From a virus: a stretch of DNA of 64,000 nt. The position numbers and the translations under genes are program-made. The stretch lies in the IMG/VR virus record IMGVR_UViG_3300018080_000116, positions 32,001-96,000 of that record. The stretch is one strand, 5' to 3'. The notes beneath the pieces are model-generated. The model searched no databases and was not told the DNA's origin. It saw only the letters and a list, made by a program, of their open reading frames with translations. Shown here piece by piece: positions 29,537-39,056 of the stretch (position 1 is its first letter; the number at the start of each line of letters is the position of its first letter).

Positions 29537-29565
29537 GTTACAAACCCCAATTCCTGTAGTACAAT
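29537..29565 (+). promoter_or_regulatory. class II sigma70-like promoter GTTACA-N17-TACAAT
   Basis: upstream of the CPBP gene. Confidence 0.65.
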
Positions 29566-29634
29566 TATTACAGGCCATGATCGCATGAGACTTGGGCTAC
29601 CGACGCCCGGTCGGTTTACTAAAGCATAAAGGGA

Positions 29635-30564
29635 TTGCGAATGAGCGACGTGCTGCGACGGCTCTACTACGGACGAGAAGCCCACAACCACCCGGAACAC
29701 GCCAGCAACAAGCAAGGCTTCATCGCCATGCAGGTCATTGCACTCGCCTATGTGGGCGTGTGTTTTCTGCTTTGGGGAATCGTCGAGCACTTCTGGCCCG
29801 ACTTCTTCTCGCCCTTCGAGTGGAGCCAAGGCAATAACGGCCTGGAACACTCCCTGATTGCCAGCTTGTGCTTCTGGCCGGTCTACATTTGGGGTGCCGT
29901 GCTCGCCACCCTCAGTTGCCTCAACCTCGTGCCCGCTCGAACAACCGGAACGACAGACGAGGGGCACGCCTTCTACGACACCATCACCAGTACCCTCGCC
30001 GGTATATGGGAAGAGCTAGGCTATCGTTGTGTGTTCATCCTGGGTGCCATGATAAGCATTATGTTTGCCAACTGGTTTTGGGGATGGCTTTTGGTAATCT
30101 TCGTTATCATCGCCATCGTTGGTGGACTCGCCATGATGGCCAAGAGCGAAGGTAATCCCATTGTTATTGGCATCGCCGCCCTGTTCATTGTCTTTTGCTT
30201 CTTCCTCATGTACTGGACCTGGAACCTGGAAGACCCGGTGTACTGGCTATACCTGAACGTCGTCTTCCCGATTCTAAGTTTCATCAGCTTTGGAGCACTC
30301 GACCCGATCCTGAACTTTCAACCAGAACATGCGCCCGCTCTGTTCATCATGGGTGCAATCTCGGCCAATGCCAAGTTCCGAGACGGTCACAAATACCAGG
30401 GCATCATCGGCTACTTCAACTCGTGGATCGCCGGTTTCGTCCTGCTGTACGCCATGCTGTACTACGGACTGTTGACCGCCATCATCGTACACGCTATCTA
30501 CGACATCGAATTTGCCGTCGTCCGGTACATCGGTCGCAAGGTGGACAACTTACAGGAAGGGTGA
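29635..30564 (+). CDS. CPBP (CAAX protease self-immunity/Abi) intramembrane metalloprotease
   Basis: multi-TM; motifs WEELGYR, F..A...GH, IIVHAIYD. Confidence 0.8.
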   Translation: MRMSDVLRRLYYGREAHNHPEHASNKQGFIAMQVIALAYVGVCFLLWGIVEHFWPDFFSPFEWSQGNNGLEHSLIASLCFWPVYIWGAVLATLSCLNLVPARTTGTTDEGHAFYDTITSTLAGIWEELGYRCVFILGAMISIMFANWFWGWLLVIFVIIAIVGGLAMMAKSEGNPIVIGIAALFIVFCFFLMYWTWNLEDPVYWLYLNVVFPILSFISFGALDPILNFQPEHAPALFIMGAISANAKFRDGHKYQGIIGYFNSWIAGFVLLYAMLYYGLLTAIIVHAIYDIEFAVVRYIGRKVDNLQEG

Positions 30565-30566
30565 AG

Positions 30567-30797
30567 ATGATTAGAGACCATTTGCTCCAATGGCGAAAAA
30601 ACAACAAGGCCGAAAACTACGCCGACTACTTAGAGTCGGTCAAGAAACTTCCCGTGGAGGATCGGCCTGCCGCATTTGCGCTGTGGGGTATTCGTAGCTT
30701 CGACGATATACCGTTTGTACTGGCGACTATGCACCACGTTGAAAGGGGTGCTAAAGATTTGGAGAACGAGCCAACAGAAAACAGGTTGGAGAGGTAA
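30567..30797 (+). CDS. small hypothetical protein
   Basis: in operon. Confidence 0.65.
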   Translation: MIRDHLLQWRKNNKAENYADYLESVKKLPVEDRPAAFALWGIRSFDDIPFVLATMHHVERGAKDLENEPTENRLER

Positions 30798-31049
30798 ATG
30801 AGCGACTGCTATTACTGTGCATGGAAGAACGGCCACCACGATCCCAACTGCCCGCAAAGACAGTTGCACTCGGAGACCGTATTCGTCTTGCACAAGACCT
30901 TATGGGAGGCCGGGTACAAAAAGGGCAGGGGCGGACAAGAACCAACCAGCGACGATCCGGTCTACCTGCTAGGCTATGGCCGAGGCGTCGTCGCCCTTGA
31001 GGAAGCAGAGAACGGCTTTGATCCAGTACATGAAGGGAGACAATGGTGA
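30798..31049 (+). CDS. small hypothetical protein
   Basis: SD GAGG; CYYC..H..C. Confidence 0.75.
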   Translation: MSDCYYCAWKNGHHDPNCPQRQLHSETVFVLHKTLWEAGYKKGRGGQEPTSDDPVYLLGYGRGVVALEEAENGFDPVHEGRQW

Positions 31050-31309
31050 TTATCGACGACCAAACAGTAACGCCCGAAATCGCAGAGCAAGCACCCGATT
31101 ACCAACAAATTTATTGGGGGTGTGCGATCCTCGCCAGTCACGCAGACAGGAAGGGTAAGCGAAACCTCAACTGTTCGCATGACACTCTGCATATTTGCTT
31201 CCACACCGAAGAACACGAACTGGACGAGGAAGAACGTTCGATCCTCGAAGCGTGTGGCTTCGAGTGGGACGATGCCCTGGGACAGTGGGAGCGACGGACA
31301 TCATGCTGA
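31043..31309 (+). CDS. small hypothetical protein
   Basis: SD GGGAG. Confidence 0.75.
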   Translation: MVIIDDQTVTPEIAEQAPDYQQIYWGCAILASHADRKGKRNLNCSHDTLHICFHTEEHELDEEERSILEACGFEWDDALGQWERRTSC

Positions 31310-31641
31310 GAGACACCATCGACTTCGACACCTTCAAGGAACACTTCATCGACCAGCCCGATGGGTACTTCCCCGTCTACGCATCCTTTGAGGAAGTGGA
31401 CGACGACGAAGACATGCCCGAAGATGCCCAATACTACAAGGTGGTCGAACTGGACATGATCTGCGAGTGGCGGATGCCCGATGGCAAGGTCAAGTTCATC
31501 CAGGTGCCCTTTGAGACCAAGGAACAACTCGAAGCCATTGTGGCCTACTTGCACGTGGCCGCTGGCCTGTTGCACGAGGCCATCAGCAAACGCAACAACG
31601 AACTGTTGCCCGAAGCCGAGGCCGAAGGTTGGTGGAAATGA
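31303..31641 (+). CDS. acidic hypothetical protein
   Basis: overlap coupling. Confidence 0.8.
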   Translation: MLRDTIDFDTFKEHFIDQPDGYFPVYASFEEVDDDEDMPEDAQYYKVVELDMICEWRMPDGKVKFIQVPFETKEQLEAIVAYLHVAAGLLHEAISKRNNELLPEAEAEGWWK

Positions 31642-31774
31642 CTAGCTGGCAAACCATAGGACAGTACCAATACGAGTACGACGAGAACGGCTACACCGGC
31701 TGGTATCGTTGTGTAGGTGGACGCCTCGCCGATGGGCGCTGGCCAGAGTGGAACAGCAAAACAGGAGCACAACA

Positions 31775-32104
31775 ATGAAATCACAAGCCTTACCAGCGTT
31801 CTTGCCAGCCGTCGTGTTTGTAGCCGTCTGTTTCCTCGGTTCGTGCAGCCCGCCACAATCGCCACAAGCGAAAACCCACCCGATGGCGTATGACATCGAG
31901 AACCCCATCCAAATCAATACAGGGCAAAAGGTCATGTTCCTGACATGGCACAACTTCGATGAATGGCTGCAAGAGAACCGAGGAAGGGTCTCCATCCATG
32001 CCCTGAGTCACAGCAGTTCCCATATCATCGTCGTCTACAGCGACGGCGTAGTAGAATCGCCCCCCGGCCACGGCCTGGGTGAATACATACCACCGAGTCA
32101 ATGA
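31775..32104 (+). CDS. putative lipoprotein
   Basis: signal with lipobox-like LGSC; SD AGGAG. Confidence 0.65.
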   Translation: MKSQALPAFLPAVVFVAVCFLGSCSPPQSPQAKTHPMAYDIENPIQINTGQKVMFLTWHNFDEWLQENRGRVSIHALSHSSSHIIVVYSDGVVESPPGHGLGEYIPPSQ

Positions 32105-32114
32105 GGAAACAATC

Positions 32115-32318
32115 ATGCAAGAACTGGCAATTATCGTCATGTTGTTGTGGGTGTCGATGACCGTATTTTCCATCGGCCTGTACTACCACGAGCGAGAAAG
32201 AGTGCCCGTGTTGATCCTTGCCTTCATCATGCCGCCCCTGTTGATCGGCAGAGCACTCGGTAGCATGATGCAAGACTTGCATGACCTTGCGGAAATGAAG
32301 AGAAGAGAACCAAGGTGA
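32115..32318 (+). CDS. small two-TM membrane protein
   Basis: two hydrophobic runs. Confidence 0.75.
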   Translation: MQELAIIVMLLWVSMTVFSIGLYYHERERVPVLILAFIMPPLLIGRALGSMMQDLHDLAEMKRREPR

Positions 32319-32337
32319 AGCCCGCAGAGGAATAATA

Positions 32338-32751
32338 ATGTTCAGAACCAGACAAGAGTTTGACGACGCCAACGCAGCCGCCAGGATCATCGAACTGGAT
32401 GGGGTGGGAGGCTATCACACGTGCTGCCAGCGATTCGGTGAAGCAGTGGCCAACGCCCTCTTGACGCTGTACCTAAGACGAGGCGAAACAAGCCCGCATG
32501 AGTCAGACAGGAAACTCGCCGTCGCCAAAGTGTTGAAAGAACACGGCCTCGTTGTGCCACGTACCGACGACGAGCTATACAAAGTCATCGAAGAACAAAC
32601 CAGGGGCCTGGGCAACCTGAACCGAGCGGGTATGTCCGCAGGTGAACAAGCACTGTTCGATGCCCTCACAACCATCCAGGTCGCCGCCGCAACCCGTGGA
32701 GATCGGATTACAACCGTGCCGCAGATCGCACGAGTGGAGAGATCAAAATGA
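32338..32751 (+). CDS. hypothetical protein
   Basis: SD GAGG. Confidence 0.8.
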   Translation: MFRTRQEFDDANAAARIIELDGVGGYHTCCQRFGEAVANALLTLYLRRGETSPHESDRKLAVAKVLKEHGLVVPRTDDELYKVIEEQTRGLGNLNRAGMSAGEQALFDALTTIQVAAATRGDRITTVPQIARVERSK

Positions 32752-33089
32752 ACCCGTTTGCAGTGTTCCTCGTCGCCATCATCGTAGGCACCCTGGCCCT
32801 CATACTCACCATCGTGTCAATGGGCTACAGGAGCCTAAGACTTGAGATCAAACAGCGAACGTACAAATACGTCATGGCACACACCGATCCCAAGTGTGAT
32901 ATTGCCAGCCACCAGTTTGATCTGATCGACGGCATGAGTGACTTCGAGCGATTGTCCTTCCTCGAACAAATGGCCAAGTTCGAGGGGGCCAAAAGTGACA
33001 AGCCACCTAAGACGTTCAATGACATACCAGCCGCCAGTGCAAATGCAATGGTGCTCGGTGTACTCGAAGAAAGAAAGGCAACAGCATGA
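32748..33089 (+). CDS. single-pass membrane protein
   Basis: N-terminal TM; ATGA overlap. Confidence 0.8.
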   Translation: MNPFAVFLVAIIVGTLALILTIVSMGYRSLRLEIKQRTYKYVMAHTDPKCDIASHQFDLIDGMSDFERLSFLEQMAKFEGAKSDKPPKTFNDIPAASANAMVLGVLEERKATA

Positions 33090-33703
33090 GCGACATCATT
33101 TGGAAAACCTATTCTCCCGAATTCAGTGAAAAACCGCATTGGCGTGCGATGTATGACGGTCGCCGTGAAATGATCGTCTGCCAACTTGCCGAAGACCAAT
33201 ACTACGCCGAGGTCGATGGCTGCGACTGTAGCAACCACAAGACCCTAGAAGAAGCACAAGCCGCCTGTATCAAACGAGCCAGCAGGAGGGTCCACGTTAA
33301 GGCCACCACCACCGACACACCCACAACCGAAGAACAATACGCCAGTGGTTGGGGCAATAATGCACGTGAAACCACCGTCACTGGTGACGTGAGACAAATC
33401 ACCATCGAGGTCGATGAAGACAATCGGTTCGGTATCACCGTTGACGATGGGCGCATTATCCTCACCACCTATGGCCGAGCACTGTCCATGCTTGTGCCAC
33501 AAAACCTCGTCATGGAGACCGACCAGAGACAGTTCCAAAGGATGCGTAACAGCGTCCAACACCAGGATGATATGATGGCACGCTTGTGTGCCGACCTGGG
33601 TGAAAAGGAAACCTGGAAACGTATCATGGACCAGGACGATGATCTGCGGTTCAGTGCCGCCCTCGTCCAAGTTTACCGCAACACCTACGGAGAAGATGAA
33701 TGA
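33086..33703 (+). CDS. hypothetical protein
   Basis: 205 aa; ATGA overlap. Confidence 0.85.
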   Translation: MSDIIWKTYSPEFSEKPHWRAMYDGRREMIVCQLAEDQYYAEVDGCDCSNHKTLEEAQAACIKRASRRVHVKATTTDTPTTEEQYASGWGNNARETTVTGDVRQITIEVDEDNRFGITVDDGRIILTTYGRALSMLVPQNLVMETDQRQFQRMRNSVQHQDDMMARLCADLGEKETWKRIMDQDDDLRFSAALVQVYRNTYGEDE

Positions 33704-34248
33704 ACAATCGAGATGAAGCCCTGCGACAAGGACAGCGAGTCCAAGACGCCCTCGGTCAAATGATAACCACCACCGAAGAGACTATCACTCGCATGAGACA
33801 AAAGTGTGGTGAAGGGCTTGGTAGTGAAGATGCGTCCACACTCGCCATCATCCTCGGCAACCAAACCACCACGATGCTGGCGCTCAGCCAACTCAACATC
33901 ATGGTGATGATGCTGCTGCAAGGCCCGCAAGAGGAAGATTGTGCGGCCAAACCCTTCGACTTCAACGAGGCCGTCCAAGAACAAATGCGCAACATGGGCA
34001 GCGAAACAGCCACCGTGGGACCGTTGGGAAGCAACCAACAAACGCATCCCTTCTCTTCCATGCTCGCCTGTGTCGATCAACTCAGCGACGAAGCAGCCAC
34101 CCTTCTCATGGAAGCAGGCCCGCACCTATCTGAAATCCCCGTAGACGTGAACCGCCGACTGCTGCCGCCCAACACCCAGGAAGGCGACGTGCTCAAGGTG
34201 ACATTCACACAAGACCCGGAAGAAAAAGCCCGAAGACTAGGACGATGA
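33700..34248 (+). CDS. protein with C-terminal DUF3006-like domain
   Basis: VDQLSDEAATLLME...LLPPNTQEGDVL...DPEEK pattern. Confidence 0.6.
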   Translation: MNNRDEALRQGQRVQDALGQMITTTEETITRMRQKCGEGLGSEDASTLAIILGNQTTTMLALSQLNIMVMMLLQGPQEEDCAAKPFDFNEAVQEQMRNMGSETATVGPLGSNQQTHPFSSMLACVDQLSDEAATLLMEAGPHLSEIPVDVNRRLLPPNTQEGDVLKVTFTQDPEEKARRLGR

Positions 34249-34463
34249 CCCAAGCATACCGATACAGATATGCCACGAGAAAACGACGACCACCCAAAGA
34301 TCGCCTGGGACGTGAGATCAAAGCAGGCGACATGGTGAGCGTCCAACAAGCCGGTACGTTCGAGGTCAGAGAACAAGACGGCGAACTGGTCTTCGAGCCC
34401 TATAACCGTGGACCCGAACTGGTCAGACACTATTTTATGAACGACTTGGAGATCGTCCAATGA
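34245..34463 (+). CDS. YopX-C-terminal-like small protein
   Basis: KDRLGREIKAGDMV...LEIV resembles D.NG.EIYEGDIV. Confidence 0.5.
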   Translation: MTQAYRYRYATRKRRPPKDRLGREIKAGDMVSVQQAGTFEVREQDGELVFEPYNRGPELVRHYFMNDLEIVQ

Positions 34464-34777
34464 AACTCAGCGACGACGGCAACTTCATCCTCCTGGGGGA
34501 GTACACCTACGATCCATTCATCAAGCCAGAGGAATGGAAACAAATCGTAGCCCAAGCCAAAGAACAATTCCCCGGTGTGGATTACATCCTGTTCAAGTGC
34601 CCCATGTACCTCGGCCTCGCCTCAATCTCCGAAACCCTGGACTTCATGGGCCTCACGCAAGAAATGATGGCACGTGGCGTGTTCGTCATGGGGTCCAACA
34701 AGAAAGTCAACATTATGACCAACTCCCAAATGGGTGAACTGGTCCAACTAATCCAAGACAACGACATGCTTACGTGA
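34460..34777 (+). CDS. hypothetical protein
   Basis: ATGA overlap. Confidence 0.75.
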   Translation: MKLSDDGNFILLGEYTYDPFIKPEEWKQIVAQAKEQFPGVDYILFKCPMYLGLASISETLDFMGLTQEMMARGVFVMGSNKKVNIMTNSQMGELVQLIQDNDMLT

Positions 34778-34839
34778 TCGACACGTCCGCAGGACGTGTC
34801 GATCAAAACCCGTTTCATCGACATATAGGAGCAACCCAA

Positions 34840-35175
34840 ATGAGATACCTACCACTCGCCATCTGCCTCGCCCTTATGGTCGTCGCCTGCGTCATATTCA
34901 ATGGTGCCCTACTCCTGATCGGCGGCATCGGTGCGGCAGCCTGTGCGACCTACCTTCACGAGCACAAGATCGAATACAGCCCCGTGGTGATCGTAGCACG
35001 GCCCCTAACGCCCGGACAGCCGAACGTAGCAGTGGCACGTCCAATCACGCCAGGAGAGCCACACGTGGCCTCTGCGAGGCCCCTGAGCGTGGAGGAAGAG
35101 GTCGCCATGACAATCCACCGACCCACCGGACAACATGGCCGCAAGCCCCCAAGGAATGGAAGGTTTGACGCATGA
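34840..35175 (+). CDS. membrane protein with 3 ARP(L/I)(T/S) repeats
   Basis: TMs, then VARPLTPGQP/VARPITPGEP/SARPLS. Confidence 0.7.
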   Translation: MRYLPLAICLALMVVACVIFNGALLLIGGIGAAACATYLHEHKIEYSPVVIVARPLTPGQPNVAVARPITPGEPHVASARPLSVEEEVAMTIHRPTGQHGRKPPRNGRFDA

Positions 35176-35283
35176 GCCAAGTCATCGGTGCCACCATCCT
35201 ACTTGTTGTCTGCACACTGGCCCTCTTCGTCTGTGTGTGGGGATGGTACAGATTGCTCAAGAGCATGTTCGGAGAAGACGACA

Positions 35284-35469
35284 ATGATCCTGGGGCCACT
35301 TGAGTCAAGCGTGCTCGGCCTCCTGTCCCTACACTCAGGATGGACCGCCGAACTACTGGCACAAGAGATTGAAAGGCCAACGTCCCAGGTCCACAAAATA
35401 ATTTTGAGACTGCAAGACAAGGGCCTGATCGGAGAGAACTGGCAACCTACGAAACGAGGGAGGGACTAA
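35284..35469 (+). CDS. small winged-helix DNA-binding protein
   Basis: TAELLAQEIERPTSQVHKIILRLQDKGLI HTH pattern. Confidence 0.65.
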   Translation: MILGPLESSVLGLLSLHSGWTAELLAQEIERPTSQVHKIILRLQDKGLIGENWQPTKRGRD

Positions 35470-35470
35470 C

Positions 35471-35773
35471 GTGGCTAAGGTATTCTGTGAATGTAACTCG
35501 ACATCGTGCTTCTGTCAGGTCGAAATACCCGACAAAGACTACCTGAAAATAGTCAACGCACGCCTTGTTGTGATTGCGGAGAACTGTAGTCACGGTCCCG
35601 ATCCAACCGATACCCTGGTAGAGCGCCACGATCAATTCAGCACCTACAGGGAAATGGACTCGCCACCATCCCAGCGAAGGGAAGAACCCCATATAACGAA
35701 ACGATGCTACGTGTGTGATGCGTCCATCGACTACAGCAGCAACCGATGCCCCCGATGTAATGCGAGAGTGTAA
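35471..35773 (+). CDS. Cys-rich protein
   Basis: CECNSTSC..CYVC..CPRC. Confidence 0.75.
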   Translation: MAKVFCECNSTSCFCQVEIPDKDYLKIVNARLVVIAENCSHGPDPTDTLVERHDQFSTYREMDSPPSQRREEPHITKRCYVCDASIDYSSNRCPRCNARV

Positions 35774-36111
35774 TGCTTAACCAAGAACAAGTCCAAGCCC
35801 TGATCGTATGCCGCCTACTGGCAACGGAAGGCACCTGCAACAGCTTCCATATCGGTCACGTTGAGGGACAACTACGTGCATTGGCCGCAGTCCTCAACGA
35901 CGGCCAGCCCGCCGCACCACAATGCGGCCATGATCTTGCTGAGTACCTCGCCGAGGTAGGCATACCCTACACCCTCGACGATAAACAAAACATTCTGTGG
36001 GACGAACAGTGGATGCAAGACCACTGCTTCACCGCCGAACCCAACCCCATTAAACGAGATGACGTGCCACCACTGGTTTGGAAACACCCCTTTATGAAGA
36101 GAGGTTGGTAA
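35773..36111 (+). CDS. hypothetical protein
   Basis: TAATG coupling at both ends. Confidence 0.8.
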   Translation: MLNQEQVQALIVCRLLATEGTCNSFHIGHVEGQLRALAAVLNDGQPAAPQCGHDLAEYLAEVGIPYTLDDKQNILWDEQWMQDHCFTAEPNPIKRDDVPPLVWKHPFMKRGW

Positions 36112-36464
36112 TGAGCAACGAAACACTCGCCGACCGTAAGGCCACACTCGAACGTATCAGTGGTCTCACCGTCACCATACGCACTGAGAAGAACCAGCGT
36201 GTCTTCTCCTTCGCCCGGCCCGAGACACCACACCTGCATGTCAAGGAAGCCTGGACCTACCCCAAAGCCAAGTGCTTCGCCGAAGGTGTGCGAGTGGGGC
36301 GTGATCTAGGGGCCATGCAAGGCATGAACAAAGCCATCGCCATCGCCGAGCATCTAAGGGACAACCCTGACATCGCCGAGGCAGCCGCACGAGCACACGG
36401 CCTCCAACCACCAGAAGACACCGGAGCTATAAGAACTAGGATCGAGTGGGGAGATCAATCCTGA
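36111..36464 (+). CDS. hypothetical protein
   Basis: TAATG coupling. Confidence 0.8.
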   Translation: MSNETLADRKATLERISGLTVTIRTEKNQRVFSFARPETPHLHVKEAWTYPKAKCFAEGVRVGRDLGAMQGMNKAIAIAEHLRDNPDIAEAAARAHGLQPPEDTGAIRTRIEWGDQS

Positions 36465-36503
36465 GAGATATATCCTGCCAGGATATATCCTATGGATGTA
36501 TCC
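36452..36503. repeat. four NGATNNATCC boxes (operator-like array)
   Basis: AGATCAATCC 36452, AGATATATCC 36466, GGATATATCC 36481, GGATGTATCC 36494. Confidence 0.75.
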
Positions 36504-36553
36504 TATGATGCACACAACCAAGCCCCACAACCCCCAACCAGGAGATCATAGTT

Positions 36554-37009
36554 GTGCAAGTACGAGTGAATAACAACGTCATCACCGTGCCCGAAGGGTC
36601 AAACGTCAACGTCATCAACAACCAAGTCTTCGTCAACGGCAAACCGTGGCTCGATACAGACCAAACAAAAGCCGCCCTCAATGATGGCGTACTCAAGGTC
36701 GTCGTCGAAGGGAACGCCCTCAACGTAGCTTGTGACTGTGCCCTTGAGGTCCAGGGTGACGTACAAGGCGACGTAAAGGCAGAAGGCAGCGTCAGGGTCG
36801 AAGGAAACGTAGGGCGCAACGTAGAGGCCGTTGGGAGCGTCCGTTGCGGTGGCGTGACCGGCTACGTGAAGTCAGATGGCACTGTCAACTGCGACAACGT
36901 GGGCGGCAACGTAGAAGCCGGTGGTAGCATCAAGGCTAATGACATCCAGGGCAATGCCAAAGCAGGTGGCAGCGTTAAGGCCAATCGCATCGGCAGCGCT
37001 TCCCTCTAA
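36554..37009 (+). CDS. beta-solenoid repeat protein (bactofilin/polymer-forming-like)
   Basis: repeated V.G.V.G.V..GGSV motifs; SD AGGAG. Confidence 0.7.
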   Translation: MQVRVNNNVITVPEGSNVNVINNQVFVNGKPWLDTDQTKAALNDGVLKVVVEGNALNVACDCALEVQGDVQGDVKAEGSVRVEGNVGRNVEAVGSVRCGGVTGYVKSDGTVNCDNVGGNVEAGGSIKANDIQGNAKAGGSVKANRIGSASL

Positions 37010-37095
37010 GGAAACGTCACCACTTAATAACAACCGAGCAAGCCCCGCAAAGCGTTACTACCGGACCATAATAAACCTCATAACAAAGCAGCCTC

Positions 37096-37302
37096 ATGGC
37101 CATCTCTCCCAACGAAATACTCAACAGGCTAATAGGTGACCTGAACGAAGCCCACGATCAATTACTACCAGATGGTAGACAACGTGACTTCGCACGAGCA
37201 CAAGAGGCAAGAGAGACCATCCAGCAGGCACTCAAGAAAGCCAGGAACCTCCAACGCTGCCTCCCTCTCAAACAGTTCGACCCCAATGACCTGGAAGACT
37301 AA
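37096..37302 (+). CDS. small hypothetical protein
   Basis: last ORF before the non-coding block. Confidence 0.65.
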   Translation: MAISPNEILNRLIGDLNEAHDQLLPDGRQRDFARAQEARETIQQALKKARNLQRCLPLKQFDPNDLED

Positions 37303-37350
37303 ACACCATCCAGGGCGTTATTAGGACTGGTGGTGATGACATAGGACAAG

Positions 37351-37889
37351 CCCCACTCGCCGCAGGCGAGTGGGGCAGCGTCCATCTACTCCCAACCACC
37401 ATTTCTAAAACAAAACACCCCTTAATTCACATTCTTATTGTCTCATCAATCAAGCCAAAGTGGGATGGCTGCCCACCTGGGGCCTGAAAGGCTCTAGGAT
37501 CGTGGGAGAGAAGCCCAGATTGGATAAAAACATGGGTTTCAAGCCACAACCCCTTCTCACCGGTTAAGTCCTTGTTGGGACTAGGGCAGGACTAAGGTTA
37601 TTTTGCAGCAGCCATTTATGATCTGAATGGTAGTCCCTGCGCCCTGTTCTACATGATGTTCAACAGACCCGAGCCGAGGGGCGGCGACCGCATGTTCAAC
37701 ACCGGATCGGAATATAAACATTAAGATTCGAGCGGACATAACCCACTCGCCACAGGCGAGTGGGTTTCTTTTAACTTTAACACTATGAGACGCCGCCCAC
37801 CGATTATAAGTCTTATAACTGTCTCATAACTGTTGTTGAACATATTCCAGGCAACGTTATAAGACTCACTCGCCTGCGGCGAGTGAGTC
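37351..37889. repeat. three CACTCGCC-N3-GGCGAGTG palindromes
   Basis: 37351-37375, 37740-37766, 37863-37889 (third is the reverse complement of the first core). Confidence 0.85.
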
Positions 37890-38225
37890 ATGTCCTACAC
37901 CACGAGCACCGATTATATTGAAACTAATTCGACGGCGGGCCTCGGCTATAATGCAATGATGTTGCATATCAGCCGACAGGTGTAAGTCCACCAAGCGTGC
38001 TCCGGGCGTAGCCCGGAGCACGCAGTAGCATGTCCAACACCCTTGGAATCTTATCCAACAAGCACAAAACTTTAATTGAAATGATTCCAAACAAGTCTTT
38101 AAGAGTTGCGGGCCGCATGTCGAACAGAGGCGACGGCGAGGCGGCTTGATCGCTTGGTGTTGAGCGGGAGTTGACTGTCCCACTGCGAAGCAGTGGGACA
38201 GTCAGTCGGCTTGTGCGACGATGTG

Positions 38226-38475
38226 CCGCCCCTATACAACTGGTCTTGTGGATTTTGAGATTTATTATCCGATTTTTGAATTTGGATTTTTGGATTTGCG
38301 GCCTGCGATTTGTTGGACAAGTACAGATGTATGACACACATTGGCGAAACCTACGACAAGATCAGTTGTATATGGGGGCGGCAGGCCGGGCTCCTGGCGG
38401 CTGCGCCGCCAGGAGCTAGAATAAATTTTAGAATTCAGCGAACCCTTTCGGCTGAGCCGTGTATAAGGGGGCGGA
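38226..38475. repeat. control block copy A: GATTT tract, CAG(A/T)TGTATA boxes, TGC-loop hairpin, promoter
   Basis: same order of elements as 44290-44510. Confidence 0.7.
38438..38467 (+). promoter_or_regulatory. class I promoter element
   Basis: GCGAACC-N14-GTGTATAAG. Confidence 0.8.
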
Positions 38476-38567
38476 CCCGAGGTCATAGTCGGGTCCGGGC
38501 CGTCTGCCTGTCGGCCTGCAAAGGGTGCGAACCCCAACAGGCCCCGTTTTCACCCAAGGAGATCGAG

Positions 38568-38843
38568 ATGAGCGACACGAAGACCGCCGTCCGCAATTGG
38601 GACGGCTACGACCATGTTGGTCAGATCATGGCCTACGAGCAGGGCGATCTGGACGACGATCAGGCGATCCGCTTGATCCAGTACCTCGTGGACACCGGTT
38701 TGGCCTGGAGCCTCCAGGGTTCCTATGGCAGGATGGCCCAGAGGATGATCCAGGTGGGCCTCGTCGCCCCTCGGCCCAACCTCGCCCCGCTGTACGGCAG
38801 CGTGGAAGAGTACGTCGAGGACAACGAGTTTCAGCGAGGCTAA
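38568..38843 (+). CDS. small phage protein
   Basis: SD AGGAG; IMAYEQG...LVDTGLAWSLQGSYGR motif recalled from phage proteins, family name uncertain. Confidence 0.8.
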   Translation: MSDTKTAVRNWDGYDHVGQIMAYEQGDLDDDQAIRLIQYLVDTGLAWSLQGSYGRMAQRMIQVGLVAPRPNLAPLYGSVEEYVEDNEFQRG

Positions 38844-38855
38844 GACGATCAGCAG

Positions 38856-38883
38856 GCCCCTCCCCCGCTGGCGGGGGAGGGGC
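38856..38883. terminator. GC-rich hairpin
   Basis: GCCCCTCCCCCGC-tg-GCGGGGGAGGGGC. Confidence 0.6.
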
Positions 38884-38894
38884 AGGAAAAAAGA

Positions 38895-38924
38895 CCGAAC
38901 CTTTTCTGTGGAACTGTGTATAAG
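38895..38924 (+). promoter_or_regulatory. class I promoter element
   Basis: CCGAACC-N14-GTGTATAAG-GGGGCGAACC. Confidence 0.8.
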
Positions 38925-39056
38925 GGGGCGAACCGAGTATTAGTGCCGTGGGGAGTTCACTTCGGGTCGTGTGCCCGTTGGAGCGTTGCGGCTAGTTCGA
39001 CAGGTTTCGAGGCACCTTCTGGCCTGTCATCGCACCTATCCTGAAAGGATGGACCG

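Noticed and set aside
37866-38543. ORFs 37866..38183, 37969..38337, 38099..38341, 38171..38419 and the 5' extension of 38310..38843
   Set aside because: Low-complexity translations of the GATTT tract and palindromes; the real gene starts at ATG 38568 with an SD
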